Origin: a virus
Direction: 5' to 3' (one strand)
Length of the DNA stretch: 64,000 nucleotides
Virus record (IMG/VR): IMGVR_UViG_3300018876_000008
Coordinates: 1-64,000 of that record
The position numbers were made by a program, and so were the translations under genes. The stretch's first letter is position 1, and each line of letters opens with the position of its first letter. Below the pieces are notes generated by a model. The model was not told the DNA's origin, ran no database searches, and worked only from the letters and a program-made list of their open reading frames with translations. This document shows positions 1 to 11,962 of this stretch, in pieces.

Positions 1-1020
1 ACTAATACGCCTACAACAACTGCTGAGGTGACATCCACTCCAACGGTTACTCCTACTAATACTCCTACTCAGACTGCGGAAGTTACAACTACTCCGACAG
101 AAACTCCTACTAATACTCCTACTCAAACTGCTGAAGTAACATCAACACCAACAGTTACACCTACTAATACTCCAACTAATACATTGACTTCTACCCCAAC
201 GGGTACACCGGGAACCACACCTACTAACACGCCAACTCAGACTGCAGAAATAACATCTACTCCAACGGTTACTCCAACTAATACTCCAACTGTTACCGCT
301 GAAGTTACTCTAACACCAACTGAAACGCCTACTAATACTCCGACAGGAACTGCTGAGGTTACATCAACTCCTACTGTAACTCCAACAAATACCCCTACAA
401 ATACTTTGACCAACACTCCTACAGGTACACCAGGAACTACACCAACAAATACACCTACAACAACTGCAGAAATTACGTCAACACCAACGGTTACTCCAAC
501 TAATACTCCAACTGTTACCGCTGAAGTTACTCTAACCCCAACTGAAACACCAACTAATACTCCAACGCAAACTGCGGAAGTAACGAGTACACCTACTGTC
601 ACACCGACTAATACTCCTACTAATACTTTGACTAATACTCCTACGAGTACGCCAGGAACTACACCAACAAATACACCTACAGTAACTGCTGAGGTAACGA
701 GTACACCAACTGTTACGGTAACTAACACTCCTAGTGGTACGGCTCAGGTTTCTAGTACCCCTACAGTGACTCCAACAAATACTCCAACATTAACTCCGAC
801 TATTACTCCTACTGATACTCCAGGGGCAAGTGTTACACCAACACCAACAATAACTGATACTCCAACAGAAACACCGACCAACACACCAACACAAACATTA
901 ACACCATCACCAACGCCACCAGAACCTTCTTCAGGATGTACTGCAGTTATAACAACAGGTACAACTACTACATCAACACCGACACCTACTCCAACATTAA
1001 CACCAACACCACAGCCAGGT
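1..1020 (+). repeat. Coding tandem repeat: 54-bp (18 aa) AEVTxTPTxTPTNTPTxT units in a 222-bp (74 aa) super-repeat
   Basis: Equivalent [20 protein letters not shown] units start at 130, 352 and 574 (222-bp period). Synonymous sites have diverged. Confidence 0.9.
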
Positions 1021-3135
1021 ACACCTGTTGGTGGTGAAGTTACATTTATAATTGATGAGGGTTATTTTGATTGTGGTGAAGTTGCAAAATTAATTAACTG
1101 TAACCCCAATGAAAAAGACCAAGAATTTTATGTAACACTTCCAATAAGTTATAGTGGGGGTACAATAACTTCAGGTACTACATTTAATGGTACTATTGAT
1201 ACTATTGAAAGGTGTTTAACATTTGTGGAGGAAATTGAAGGTTCATCTACCCATATATTAACCTCAGTTAATAGTGTTGATGCGGATTGTAATGATTGTC
1301 AGACACCTGACCCAACGCCAACACCTAATATAATAAGTGTTTTTGAAAAATGTGGAGAGATTGGTTGTGTTGAAAATGATATAACATTTGGTGAACTAAC
1401 TAACCCAGAAGATATTGTGAATAATTGGACACGATTCTCATATTTTGCAAGTCATATATTCCCTGGTACAAATCAAGAAAGTGGGTTACAACCTAACGGA
1501 ACTATAATCACTAATGACCCACAGTATTATTTCTATACGGGAGTAACTAATACAAAATATTTAGGTGTTTATAATACAAACATGGTAGAAGGACAAAATA
1601 CTGGACCTGCCGGATTAGCAGCCCCATTCGGATGTACAGGATGTAATGCAGGGGGTGATAATGGTAAATTTTATTTTAACACAACGATAAATAAGTTTGT
1701 GGTTTGGTGGAATGTTGGTCAACCAGGGTGGGCTTGGACAACATTTAATCCAACAGTTAATTTAGGTCAGGCTTTGGGTAACCCAACAGCCTCACAATTA
1801 TTAACCACGTCAACTAATTGGAATGTACCACTTTTAACTAGTGGAGTAGGACAAACTAAATATACTGTTTCAGGTTCTTCAAATACAGTAGTCGGGGCTA
1901 TTGCCAAAATAACTAACGCTGGAGGTGTCCCTAAGATGATTGAGTGTTCACAAAACAGTGGGTTAAACAATGGATTTTATTCAACATGTGGATTTAGTAA
2001 TTATACTCATGAGGTTACAGTCGGAAGTACCGCAAACGATAATGATAATATTGGAATTGTTTTATCAACTATAAAAGATGATGAAGGTTTATATGGCCCT
2101 TCAGGTTCTACACAATCATTATTATTAAACTTTAATTCACAATATGATAGAGCGACTATAACCTATAATAGTAATGATAAAACATTGGCGTTTACTGATG
2201 GTACTGACTTTTCTTCATCAGTATGGCAAGGAACATCACCTTTCTCAGGTGACTCAAATAATTTAGGAACCCCAACGTACAATTTTTATTCAAAACAAGG
2301 TGATGTAAGAGTTAAGATTATTAAAACGGGAACAACAATAACTATATTTACCACTAAAATGATGGGTGATACTAGTACTATATTACCTCAGTGTACTGAT
2401 TGTGTGGAGCCTGGAGACCCTAACCCATATACTCAGTTAGTTTCTATAGACCTAAATGATGTAAATACTTGGACCGCGGCACCTGCTTACGCCACAGGTA
2501 ATGAATTAATTAAATTTGCGAATAAAGGTAAGATTGGATATCATACATATTCTCAACCAAAAACCCAATTTTATGATATTATATTCTCAGGTTCACAATT
2601 AACAAATACAGATACATTATACGGAATAAATGTTAATAATCCTGGAGCTAATAACGTATCTACATTTAATGAGGTACCGGGATGTTGGGAATATATACAA
2701 GATATCACGGGATACACTGGTAGTACATATTCATTAACATTAGATACGGGTTATCCAACATGTACTCAATGTCCAACAGATAATCAACCTTTACCTTCAC
2801 CAACACCACAACCTTCACCAACACCAACAGTACAGTATTCTTCATTGGGTACTTTCTTTGGTCTTCATGGGGGTGGTTCATCACAACCATGTGGAGCATT
2901 TAATGGTGGAAATGTACCATCTACAGAATATTTTACAGATGTAACCCCAGTCGCATTTTCAGGATGTCCGACAGGTAATTCTGTATATACTTATAATAGT
3001 TTTTCAGGAAATTATCAGTTAATTGGTAATGGAGCCTTTGTTTCAAGTGCGGGATGTGCATATAATGTTAGTGGAGGTGTCGTTACATCATTCTCGCCAT
3101 GTACGAATGGTGATTGTGGTCCGACAAGTTGTTAA
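1..3135 (+). CDS. 5'-truncated large Thr/Pro-rich (mucin-like) virion/fibre protein with Cys-rich modules and a putative lectin-like beta domain
   Basis: Frame +1 is open from base 1, so the GTG at 28 is internal. About 340 aa of TPTNTPT repeats, then C..C modules and a segment with [12 protein letters not shown]. Confidence 0.75.
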   Translation, partial: TNTPTTTAEVTSTPTVTPTNTPTQTAEVTTTPTETPTNTPTQTAEVTSTPTVTPTNTPTNTLTSTPTGTPGTTPTNTPTQTAEITSTPTVTPTNTPTVTAEVTLTPTETPTNTPTGTAEVTSTPTVTPTNTPTNTLTNTPTGTPGTTPTNTPTTTAEITSTPTVTPTNTPTVTAEVTLTPTETPTNTPTQTAEVTSTPTVTPTNTPTNTLTNTPTSTPGTTPTNTPTVTAEVTSTPTVTVTNTPSGTAQVSSTPTVTPTNTPTLTPTITPTDTPGASVTPTPTITDTPTETPTNTPTQTLTPSPTPPEPSSGCTAVITTGTTTTSTPTPTPTLTPTPQPGTPVGGEVTFIIDEGYFDCGEVAKLINCNPNEKDQEFYVTLPISYSGGTITSGTTFNGTIDTIERCLTFVEEIEGSSTHILTSVNSVDADCNDCQTPDPTPTPNIISVFEKCGEIGCVENDITFGELTNPEDIVNNWTRFSYFASHIFPGTNQESGLQPNGTIITNDPQYYFYTGVTNTKYLGVYNTNMVEGQNTGPAGLAAPFGCTGCNAGGDNGKFYFNTTINKFVVWWNVGQPGWAWTTFNPTVNLGQALGNPTASQLLTTSTNWNVPLLTSGVGQTKYTVSGSSNTVVGAIAKITNAGGVPKMIECSQNSGLNNGFYSTCGFSNYTHEVTVGSTANDNDNIGIVLSTIKDDEGLYGPSGSTQSLLLNFNSQYDRATITYNSNDKTLAFTDGTDFSSSVWQGTSPFSGDSNNLGTPTYNFYSKQGDVRVKIIKTGTTITIFTTKMMGDTSTILPQCTDCVEPGDPNPYTQLVSIDLNDVNTWTAAPAYATGNELIKFANKGKIGYHTYSQPKTQFYDIIFSGSQLTNTDTLYGINVNNPGANNVSTFNEVPGCWEYIQDITGYTGSTYSLTLDTGYPTCTQCPTDNQPLPSPTPQPSPTPTVQYSSLGTFFGLHGGGSSQPCGAFNGGNVPSTEYFTDVTPVAFSGCPTGNSVYTYNSFSGNYQLIGNGAFVSSAGCAYNVSGGVVTSFSPCTNGDCGPTSC

Positions 3136-3225
3136 AATTTAAACTAAAATGAATAAAAAAAGAAAGATACTTATAATAAAATAACATGTTCACTTAACAA
3201 TCGGAGTGATTATAATATATAAAAT

Positions 3226-5289
3226 ATGACAAATGTAACAATAAATACGGCATCAGGAACACCACCATTTAATATATGGATGGCAAATGATTGTACCCCT
3301 AATGCGACTACATTATTTGTTGATACAGTTACTGTATTTCCATATACTTTTACTGTACCTACACCGTATCAAAATGTACCATTTTGTGTTAAGTTAATTG
3401 ATAGTGATAATTGTGAGGTTTGTGAATGTTTTGGTTTTGGTCCAACTCCAACACCATCAGTTACTGCTACTGTTACTCCTACAAACACTAACACTCCTAC
3501 ACCTACACCAACTGTTACACCGTCAGGTCCATGTCCTACTCCGACCTATTATTACGGTTCATTTACAGGAAACGGATTTACAGATAGTGCGACATATACC
3601 TTATCTACTATATTACATAACGGAAGAGCTCAATGGGTGTCACCTAATAATGGGTCTATACAATGGACGGGAAATAGATGGGAAGTAACAGGATGGAATT
3701 TGGCTACATTAATATTTTATAATCTTAACCCCACTCCTAATTCACCCGATACGGTTAATTGGAACTATCAAGGATGTTTCCGAGGATTCACATGTGCAGT
3801 ATCATTTACCTCAAGTGGATGTGGTTACCCAACACCAACACCAACATCTACTGCCACAGAGACGCCGACAGTTACACCTACTATAACTGATACTCCTTCT
3901 ATTACTCCAACTAATACCCCTACTATTACTCAAACTGCAACACCAACTAACACTGCAGGTGTAAGTGCAACTCCAACTCCAACTAATACTTTAACACCAA
4001 CAGTAACAGCTGAGGTTACTCCTACCATAACTTCAACTATTACTGCAACACCGACTCAGACTCCTGAATCTACCCCTGGTACCACACCTACTAACACTCC
4101 TACAGTAACGGCTGAAGTTACGTCTACACCAACAGAAACACCTACTAATACTCCTACTCAAACTCCTGAATCTACTCCAGGTGTTACACCTACTAATACA
4201 CCAACGGTAACTGCTGAGGTAACGTTGACACCGACTCAAACTCCTGATGTTACACCTACTAATACTCCTACAGTAACTGCTGAAATAACACGAACACCAA
4301 CAGAAACACCTACAAATACACCAACAAGAACCCCTAAAGAAACTCTTACACCTACTCCGACTCCTGAGTCTACACCAAATCCTACAGATACGCCAACTAA
4401 TACACCAGAGGTGACACCGACTAATACTCAAACACAAACGCCTGAAGTCACTTCAACACCTACTAATACACCTGTAGTAACCCCTACAAGTACTCAAACT
4501 CCTACACCTACTAATGCCACTATATCGACATATATTGCATGTGCAGCAGACGCTACACCTAGTACAGGTGATTTAATGGTTGCACCAACATCTTTCAATA
4601 CTACAGTAACTGATGCTGATTTTGTCGAGTTTGAATTTACAATTACAAATGTTCAAAACCAAACATTTACTATTACCGAATGTTACAAAAAAATTGATTA
4701 TGATGAATCACAATCAATACTCAATCCAACTATAAGTGCTATTAATAGTGACTGTAGTAATGGTACTAAATGTGAAGTAGTACATGTATTGGCTGAAGGT
4801 TGTACTGGTGGAAAAAATATAATAGTACAAATGGGAACGGCTTACGCAGCCACATTAGTGAGTGGTGATACTTTAAGTGCGGCTAGATTAGCGGGAATTG
4901 CATCAGTCGCGACTCCGATTATACAGACTCAAGGTACTAATACTTGTTATACTTTAGGTGGTAAGACTAGTGTTATAACTACTAGTCAAAATAATAATTC
5001 TACGGGTGTTGATTGGACTGATACATCAAATAGAACAGCAGTCGTGACTAATTGTTCAGACAATTATTGCGGTTGTAAAACAGGATTTACAGTTCTAAAT
5101 TCTAGTAGTTCACCAATAACACTAAACGCTAAAGTTTGTGCGGGTGACACAATTCAATTAACTATTCCAGCTTCAGGTGAATTAACTGTTAATGATTGTA
5201 TAAACATGAATGCTTTTTGGGTGGCAGTATTAAGTAGTGGTAGTACATCGTTTATCACTATTGGACCCGGAACTTATAACGACTGTTAA
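3226..5289 (+). CDS. Thr/Pro-repeat, Cys-rich virion structural protein
   Basis: 687 aa ORF with a central ~235 aa TPT tract using the same AEVT-TPT units as the upstream gene, plus Cys-rich terminal domains. Confidence 0.7.
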   Translation: MTNVTINTASGTPPFNIWMANDCTPNATTLFVDTVTVFPYTFTVPTPYQNVPFCVKLIDSDNCEVCECFGFGPTPTPSVTATVTPTNTNTPTPTPTVTPSGPCPTPTYYYGSFTGNGFTDSATYTLSTILHNGRAQWVSPNNGSIQWTGNRWEVTGWNLATLIFYNLNPTPNSPDTVNWNYQGCFRGFTCAVSFTSSGCGYPTPTPTSTATETPTVTPTITDTPSITPTNTPTITQTATPTNTAGVSATPTPTNTLTPTVTAEVTPTITSTITATPTQTPESTPGTTPTNTPTVTAEVTSTPTETPTNTPTQTPESTPGVTPTNTPTVTAEVTLTPTQTPDVTPTNTPTVTAEITRTPTETPTNTPTRTPKETLTPTPTPESTPNPTDTPTNTPEVTPTNTQTQTPEVTSTPTNTPVVTPTSTQTPTPTNATISTYIACAADATPSTGDLMVAPTSFNTTVTDADFVEFEFTITNVQNQTFTITECYKKIDYDESQSILNPTISAINSDCSNGTKCEVVHVLAEGCTGGKNIIVQMGTAYAATLVSGDTLSAARLAGIASVATPIIQTQGTNTCYTLGGKTSVITTSQNNNSTGVDWTDTSNRTAVVTNCSDNYCGCKTGFTVLNSSSSPITLNAKVCAGDTIQLTIPASGELTVNDCINMNAFWVAVLSSGSTSFITIGPGTYNDC

Positions 5290-5305
5290 TTAAAAAATAA
5301 ATAAA

Positions 5306-7228
5306 ATGGCAACACTATCAGGAAATAATTGTACAATAATAACCATCATACCGATGGAGGTTGAATGTAAAATAACAGATGCGTCCTCACCGACAGCGAC
5401 AGATGGTATTGCAGAAGTTCAAATATTAGGAGGTACTGCTCCATATACTATTCAATGGAGTAATGGTGGACAAGGTACTACTATAACAAATTTATCACCT
5501 GGAACTTATTCTGCAACAGTTACAGATTATTATGGTGATTACGTTGTAACAACTTCTTGTGTCGTAGGTTCATCTACAAGTATTTTTTATCAATTTGATG
5601 AATGTGATGGAGGTCCGACCGTTTATGTTTCAGGAAGCACATATGACCCTCCATTTCCTAATTTTAAACCAATTATTAAATTTAATGAAATTTCAGGTTG
5701 TTTTGAATTTATAGGGCCTATTTCGAGTGCGGGACTACCTTACTCAGATTTAACAATATCTAATTCTTATACAACTTGTGATGCATGTAATCCGCCAACT
5801 CCAACACCATTACCACAAGGAGACCTATGTTTATTTAGTCCTCAACTTGGTGTACAATATGATTTTGAAGCAAACGGTACTGATAATAACGGAAACTTCC
5901 AATGGATTAATACAGCTAATGGTTTAGTTATGAGTTATAATGTCACTAATGGTTGGTGGGAAGTTACCCCATGGAGTAATGTGGGTACAGGTACTATGAA
6001 TTTAATACAGAGTCCACCAAATACTCTACCTATTGGTAGTGATTGGGAAAACATGGGAGGTAACCCTAAGTTTACTTGGCAAGTTCAAACGGGACTTTGT
6101 GGTTCCTTACCTCTTTCATTAAACTTAAGTGTATCTCAACCTAATTGTGAAGGGGAAAACGGTAGTGTTATAATGACTGCTTCAGAAGGTGTACCACCAT
6201 ATCAATATAAGATAGATGGAATTACGCCGTATCAAGGTTCAGGAGTGTTTAATAATGTGGCGCCAGGTTCCTACACTGCAACAGTTCAAGATAGTGATAC
6301 ACCTCCAAGTACTACAAGTGTGAATTTTGTGATTGATACTGGAGAGTCAGCAACAATATATGATGTAATATTAACTAAAACTCCTACAATTACAACGGTT
6401 AATGAACCTCAAAATTCTGTTACTATAAGTTATGACTACGCAGTAACTGTTAGTCCTACTACATTACCTGCAGGAGTTGAAATTAGTCTAAATTTAAGAT
6501 TTAATCATACAGAAGAAAGAAAGGCACCGATAGATAGTACTTCAGCTATCTTTACGACATTTATAGTGGGTAATGCGGATGGGTTCCCTATGACATTTAC
6601 GCAAAGTGCTCAAGATGTAAATCCTGGAGAAAATTGTCAAGACATTTATATTGGGGATATTACAACATATACTAGTACGTCAAATACAATATCAATCACT
6701 CAGGGTTCTACAGTAACGGGTACTGTTACACAGGCAGTTGATTTAAATACAGTATCCCCTAATTGTTATTGTCCGACCGTTGGTATTAATCAAGTTAGCT
6801 TTAATGCTGAGAACTTAGTTCTGGCGGGAAGTAACTGTGGTACTTTAGGTAATATTAAAAGTAACACCATAACAGAATCAGTCACAAGAAGTGGATGTGG
6901 AGGTCAACCATCAGGTGAGTCACCGATATTTGTTTCACAGGGTACTACGATATGTAATATTTTCTGTAGTCAAAATTTCTTAGTTAATAGTCAGAAAACT
7001 TGTGATGGAGACCCATTACAACCTACATTTATATATGGTATTTCGAATGGTATAGAGGGAGGATATTACGCTTATTGGAGTTCATCAACAGAGACACCTA
7101 ACGGACAATTTAGAATTGCAAAATTACAAACTGCGACATCAGGTCCAAATGTGGGATTATTTGGTCAAGTGATAGCTCTGTATGGTGGTCAATGTAGTTC
7201 AACTACCGGTGAATGTATACCACTATAA
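5306..7228 (+). CDS. SprB-repeat-containing virion/adhesion protein
   Basis: Two SprB-like repeats (DGIAEVQILGGTAPYTIQWSNG...NLSPGTYSATVTD; NGSVIMTASEGVPPYQYKID...NVAPGSYTATVQD). Confidence 0.7.
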   Translation: MATLSGNNCTIITIIPMEVECKITDASSPTATDGIAEVQILGGTAPYTIQWSNGGQGTTITNLSPGTYSATVTDYYGDYVVTTSCVVGSSTSIFYQFDECDGGPTVYVSGSTYDPPFPNFKPIIKFNEISGCFEFIGPISSAGLPYSDLTISNSYTTCDACNPPTPTPLPQGDLCLFSPQLGVQYDFEANGTDNNGNFQWINTANGLVMSYNVTNGWWEVTPWSNVGTGTMNLIQSPPNTLPIGSDWENMGGNPKFTWQVQTGLCGSLPLSLNLSVSQPNCEGENGSVIMTASEGVPPYQYKIDGITPYQGSGVFNNVAPGSYTATVQDSDTPPSTTSVNFVIDTGESATIYDVILTKTPTITTVNEPQNSVTISYDYAVTVSPTTLPAGVEISLNLRFNHTEERKAPIDSTSAIFTTFIVGNADGFPMTFTQSAQDVNPGENCQDIYIGDITTYTSTSNTISITQGSTVTGTVTQAVDLNTVSPNCYCPTVGINQVSFNAENLVLAGSNCGTLGNIKSNTITESVTRSGCGGQPSGESPIFVSQGTTICNIFCSQNFLVNSQKTCDGDPLQPTFIYGISNGIEGGYYAYWSSSTETPNGQFRIAKLQTATSGPNVGLFGQVIALYGGQCSSTTGECIPL

Positions 7229-7265
7229 TAAAATGAATAAAATTAATAAAATTTAATAATAAAAC

Positions 7266-7273
7266 TATTTATA
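7266..7273 (+). promoter_or_regulatory. TATTTATA motif, putative phage late promoter
   Basis: Sits 4 nt before the ATG at 7278. The same motif recurs in sense orientation upstream of many genes. Confidence 0.5.
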
Positions 7274-7277
7274 AAAC

Positions 7278-9524
7278 ATGGGATATATAATTAAAGATAC
7301 AGCAGCGTTAATTAACAGTAAGTTGACTGATGCTGGAAGGAAAAAAATATCTGAAGGAGCATTTAATGTTTCTTACTTCCAAGTCGGAGACAGTGAGGTA
7401 TGTTATGACTGTATACCTAGTTCTAATTTATCAACAGGTATGGTTTTGGATGCGGAATATAACGCACAAAATCTATCACCATTACCTGAGAAGAATAAAG
7501 CAAATGTTAAATATCCGTTACTAGTTACTACACAATCTACTAATACATATGGTATTCCTATTCCTGAACCTCAGATTGATAACATTTATAATACTGCAGC
7601 CACGTTAGGGTTTTTTACAGGGGAAACATCATTTTCTTTTAGTAACATTAAAGACCATAGTTTCACCGCATTTACATCAAGTGCTTATACGATAAACCCT
7701 AATTATGTAATACCGATGGGTACTTTAAATTCAGGTAATACAGTTAGTTTAAATGCGTCTATAATTAATAGTGGAGTAACAGGAACTGTTATTTCTAATC
7801 ATATAATGACAGTTTACTTCTCAGATAATAGTACACAACCAATAAGTAATAACTATCCTGTATTAACATATAAAGTTATAGATATAACAGGTACAACATC
7901 AGGGAATACAGGACCAATAACAGTAAAAGTAGATAGACAATTACCCGACTTACAAAGTATGGGATATGTAGGAGATGCTAGAGTTATATTTTATCCAACA
8001 GGGATGACAGAAATATACGATACCTATACTCCTGAATTTTATTGGAATCAAGACGCAATTAACTTTGAAAGTAATTGTGATATATCTAATTTTTATGTAA
8101 AAGTGTGGAATATGAATATTCCGTGGACAGAAAATCCTGCAGGTTTATTCTCTAACACTTATCAAGGATATGAACAATTTGGTTCTACAGGATATACGGG
8201 TACAAAAGAATATTTAGGTTATAATTCAAATACGGGTCAAACTGATACTGATTCAACTTATTATTATAATTCATTTTCTGAAAAAGTTATTTTATCACCT
8301 TCGGACCAAAAATCTATAGCGATTGTACATTATACTAATCAATCAATAGATAATTTTTATGGTGAAAAATTTGCCTTAACTTATACTGATACTAATTTTG
8401 ATATATCAGGACAAACAGGACCCGCAAGACGATTCAGAGTTAATGTACCAACATTGATGTGGCATAAATCTAGTGGAGGTACAATGGGACAAACCTTCTA
8501 TGTTGACCCTGATGGATTTGAAAAAGAAAATTTATTTCAACCACACTATATAGAATCCAACGTTAATACGGATATGAATAATCCTGGTATTAGATATTAT
8601 CATTTATGGGACACTAACCCTAATACAAATGGTTTTCCTAATAGGGTTGGTAAGGTATGGCCTGATTTTAAAATGATAACATTCGATGATGATGAGATTA
8701 TAGCGTCACTAAGTTACAAGTCTAATAGAAACTGGACATTACCCGCACCTAAATTAGGATTAATTGTACCTAACACATTTAATGGTACTACGGGTAGTGA
8801 TACAGGATTACTATCAGGTACCACAGAGTGTCTTTGGTTAACATATAGATTTAATCACTCAGCATTTACAGAATCTTTACACTGTAACTATTATACTCAG
8901 ATATGTGGAACTGACCCTGATTGTCCACCTGACACTGCAGACGTAACTATTAGGTTTGGTAATGAGTTTCCGTTTTTAGTTAGCGATGGTAGTCAATCAG
9001 GATTCTCTGCTAATGATATTATAATTTTAGCTCAAAAAGTTGTTAATGGTGAAAAACCTGACCCTACAGAATGGTATGAAATCGATATGACAAGTCAATT
9101 AAGTGGAACATCTGTTAGTGGAAACATTACAGTTTCTGGTCTAACAGGTAGTACATTAGTACTTAATAAAACTATGTATGATGATGCAGTTTCTAATGGA
9201 GACCAATATGATTTATCAAATTATATTGACCTTCCTACAAATAATGAACCTGAACCAACTTTAAACTTTGGAGATGAATATTATTTTTATGGTAATATTT
9301 CATCAGATATACAAGCCACAATTTATGTGATGAATTATAAATGTAATTTAGGACCTACTCAATTCTTAACTTCTCAAAATCCAACATGGTCTACTGCTGA
9401 TTCACCATATATTACTGAAGTTGGACTTTACGATTCTAATAAAGAACTTATGATTATATCTAAGATACAATCCCCTGAAAAAAGACAGGGTATACAACAG
9501 TATAGTATAAAGTTAGATTTTTAA
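7278..9524 (+). CDS. Virion structural protein, baseplate/tail-fibre attachment-like
   Basis: N-terminal LTDAGRKKISEG..F.V..FQVGDSE and C-terminal YITEVGLYDSNKELM motifs, typical of baseplate/tail-fibre anchoring domains. Confidence 0.6.
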   Translation: MGYIIKDTAALINSKLTDAGRKKISEGAFNVSYFQVGDSEVCYDCIPSSNLSTGMVLDAEYNAQNLSPLPEKNKANVKYPLLVTTQSTNTYGIPIPEPQIDNIYNTAATLGFFTGETSFSFSNIKDHSFTAFTSSAYTINPNYVIPMGTLNSGNTVSLNASIINSGVTGTVISNHIMTVYFSDNSTQPISNNYPVLTYKVIDITGTTSGNTGPITVKVDRQLPDLQSMGYVGDARVIFYPTGMTEIYDTYTPEFYWNQDAINFESNCDISNFYVKVWNMNIPWTENPAGLFSNTYQGYEQFGSTGYTGTKEYLGYNSNTGQTDTDSTYYYNSFSEKVILSPSDQKSIAIVHYTNQSIDNFYGEKFALTYTDTNFDISGQTGPARRFRVNVPTLMWHKSSGGTMGQTFYVDPDGFEKENLFQPHYIESNVNTDMNNPGIRYYHLWDTNPNTNGFPNRVGKVWPDFKMITFDDDEIIASLSYKSNRNWTLPAPKLGLIVPNTFNGTTGSDTGLLSGTTECLWLTYRFNHSAFTESLHCNYYTQICGTDPDCPPDTADVTIRFGNEFPFLVSDGSQSGFSANDIIILAQKVVNGEKPDPTEWYEIDMTSQLSGTSVSGNITVSGLTGSTLVLNKTMYDDAVSNGDQYDLSNYIDLPTNNEPEPTLNFGDEYYFYGNISSDIQATIYVMNYKCNLGPTQFLTSQNPTWSTADSPYITEVGLYDSNKELMIISKIQSPEKRQGIQQYSIKLDF

Positions 9525-9533
9525 AATAATCAT

Positions 9534-10136
9534 ATGTCAAAACAAGAATTAAATAACACCCCTAAGGTATTAGGGTTGGATATATCTACAAAAACAATCG
9601 GATGGGCATTGTTTGATAATAACACTCAAAAATTATTAGAGTTAACACATTTTTCACCTATTATTAAACCTAAACCTGAAGAAAAAATAGAAGAATTACT
9701 TCTTAAAGTGGATGGTTTTAAGGAGAAGATTGAAGGTTACAAAGATTTAAATATTGAAAGAGTTGTAATTGAAGAACCACTTTTAAACTCAAATAATATA
9801 TGGACTGTAGGTACGTTATTGAGATATAATTCAATGATTTCAAGAGTAATATATGAAGTATTAGGTATTATACCTAATTACATATCTACATATAATTCAC
9901 GTAAATTTGCATGGCCTGACTTAGTTAATGATAATGGTAAGGGTAAAAAAGTATTATTTGGAGGACTTCCTAAAACTATCGATAAAAAAGAAATAGTTTG
10001 GAAAAAAGTTGCAGATGCGGAACCACAAATTGTTTGGTTGTATACTCGAAATAATACTTTAAAGAAAGAATGTTTTGACCAGGCGGACGCTTACACATGT
10101 GTCCAAGGTTATATGAAACAACAAGGTCTTTGGTAA
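9534..10136 (+). CDS. RuvC-like Holliday junction resolvase
   Basis: RNase H-fold acidic motifs VLGLDIS, VVIEEP and DQADA. Confidence 0.75.
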   Translation: MSKQELNNTPKVLGLDISTKTIGWALFDNNTQKLLELTHFSPIIKPKPEEKIEELLLKVDGFKEKIEGYKDLNIERVVIEEPLLNSNNIWTVGTLLRYNSMISRVIYEVLGIIPNYISTYNSRKFAWPDLVNDNGKGKKVLFGGLPKTIDKKEIVWKKVADAEPQIVWLYTRNNTLKKECFDQADAYTCVQGYMKQQGLW

Positions 10137-10175
10137 TTTGATTTTTATTTTCTTTTAAACTATACTTAGTCCTGT

Positions 10176-11105
10176 ATGGACAATCAAGATGATTTATTGG
10201 TAGTTGATTTGTTAGTCAACATATTTGGTAACTCCCATTTACATAATGAAATGAGGGGACAAATATCTTTTGATTGCCCTGTATGTTCACACGATATTAA
10301 AGGGTTAGATAAAGGTGATGGTAAAGGTAATTTAGAAATAAACTACTCACAACATGTTTATAAATGTTGGGCTTGTGCGGAAACTCATGGTACCCATGGA
10401 CATTTAGGTAGACTTATAGATAAATATGGTACCAAAAAAGACAAACAATTCTATACTTTAGTAAGACCCGATGAGTTTGTTAGGGATAGTAGAAAGTATA
10501 AGGTACTAAAGTTACCAAAAGAATACCAAAGATTTGATGAAGTAAATCCTATATATCCTCCAAGAGCACAAGCATATAATTATTTAAAAAGAAGAGGAAT
10601 TACGGATAGTATCATTAAAAAGTATGATATTGGTTTCGCAAATGGCGGAGATTATTCAGGGAGGATTATTGTTCCATCTTTTGACCAAGATGGGATACTT
10701 AACTATTTTGTTGCACGTAGTTGGAATAAATATTCTAAACTAAAATACAAAAATCCTGAAGCTCCCAAAGAACTGTTAATCTTTAACGAGAGTCGAATTA
10801 ATTGGGAGGAAGATATATGGATTGTTGAAGGTGTGTTTGATAGTTTTTTTGTACCTAATTCTATTCCTCTATTAGGTAAATTTATTTCTGAAAAGTTATG
10901 GGAGACTCTTTATGATAAATCTAAAGGGAGAATAAAAATATGTTTAGACCCTGATGCTTGGGAGGATGCTAAAGGTTTATATTATAAATTAAGTGGGGGT
11001 AAATTATATGGTAAAATAGATATAATTAAACTACCCGATGGTAAAGACTTAGGTGACTTAAGAGGGGTTATACCTGATGGGTGTTATATAAAATTAGAAA
11101 AATGA
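10176..11105 (+). CDS. DNA primase (Zn-finger + TOPRIM)
   Basis: CPVC...CWAC zinc finger; YLKRRGI, RIIVP, IVEGVFD, LDPDA, KDLGD. Confidence 0.88.
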   Translation: MDNQDDLLVVDLLVNIFGNSHLHNEMRGQISFDCPVCSHDIKGLDKGDGKGNLEINYSQHVYKCWACAETHGTHGHLGRLIDKYGTKKDKQFYTLVRPDEFVRDSRKYKVLKLPKEYQRFDEVNPIYPPRAQAYNYLKRRGITDSIIKKYDIGFANGGDYSGRIIVPSFDQDGILNYFVARSWNKYSKLKYKNPEAPKELLIFNESRINWEEDIWIVEGVFDSFFVPNSIPLLGKFISEKLWETLYDKSKGRIKICLDPDAWEDAKGLYYKLSGGKLYGKIDIIKLPDGKDLGDLRGVIPDGCYIKLEK

Positions 11106-11962
11106 TAGAAAATATAGAAAAAGTATCTCAAGAGATTAGAAATATAATTGAGGATAAGAAAAAAGAATTAGAACTTTCTTTTATTGAAGAAGACCATATA
11201 TACTTTATGAAAGATAGAAATGGTAAAGTAAGAAATAATTTCCCTTCAGTATCTAAAGTTTTAAAACATTTTTATGAACCATTTCCTGCTGAGGATATTG
11301 CATATAAAAAAGCTAAAGGGGATAGAGTAGAGATGGAAAGATTGTTAGATGAGTGGGCTGCGGCAGGTTCATACGCAACTAATATGGGTTCACGTACACA
11401 CTTTATATTAGAGAAGAAGACTATTGATGATTATGGTGGTTATAAAGATGTGAGAGAACCTCTTTTCGAGTGTGATTTAGAGCAAGAAATGAGAAGTAAT
11501 TCTATGATTAAAGGGGGTGAAAAGTTTCTTAAATTGATGAAAGAAAGAGGAGCGTATCTATTAGATACTGAGATGGTCTTAGGTCATCCCGACTTAGGTT
11601 ATACTGGTCAGCCTGATAAAGTTTGGTTAATTATGAATAGAGAAAAAACAGGATTTGGTTTGGTTATAACTGATTGGAAAACAAACAAAGAAAAAAATTT
11701 TAAGACTAATCAATGGACTAAACCAATGAAAGAACCCTTTCAAGATTTACCAGATAATGCCTTAGGCCATTATAAATTACAATTACCTTTTTATGGTAGA
11801 TTAATTTTAAAAATGTTGGAGGGTACAAAGTACGAAAACATTTCACTTTTAGGATGTGTTATCGTATTATTAAAAGACAATACAGAGTTTGAAGAATTCA
11901 AAGTACCTTCTTCAGTTATTAATAAAGTTATGAGTTTGAAATTATCAGATTATGGAATTTAA
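11102..11962 (+). CDS. PD-(D/E)xK exonuclease (RecB/Cas4-like phage nuclease)
   Basis: PSVSKVL, GSRTH, GQPDKV, ITDWKT, QLPFY. The ATG at 11102 overlaps the primase stop; the ORF track starts at 11081. Confidence 0.75.
   Translation: MIENIEKVSQEIRNIIEDKKKELELSFIEEDHIYFMKDRNGKVRNNFPSVSKVLKHFYEPFPAEDIAYKKAKGDRVEMERLLDEWAAAGSYATNMGSRTHFILEKKTIDDYGGYKDVREPLFECDLEQEMRSNSMIKGGEKFLKLMKERGAYLLDTEMVLGHPDLGYTGQPDKVWLIMNREKTGFGLVITDWKTNKEKNFKTNQWTKPMKEPFQDLPDNALGHYKLQLPFYGRLILKMLEGTKYENISLLGCVIVLLKDNTEFEEFKVPSSVINKVMSLKLSDYGI

Noticed and set aside
237-4437. Minus-strand and alternate-frame ORFs over the Thr/Pro repeats (237-728, 3398-3688, 4033-4437)
   Set aside because: Shadows of low-complexity repeat codons in the real plus-strand genes.
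11102-11962. Cas4/CRISPR adaptation gene
   Set aside because: No Fe-S cysteine cluster and no cas context; it is an ordinary phage PD-(D/E)xK nuclease beside the primase.
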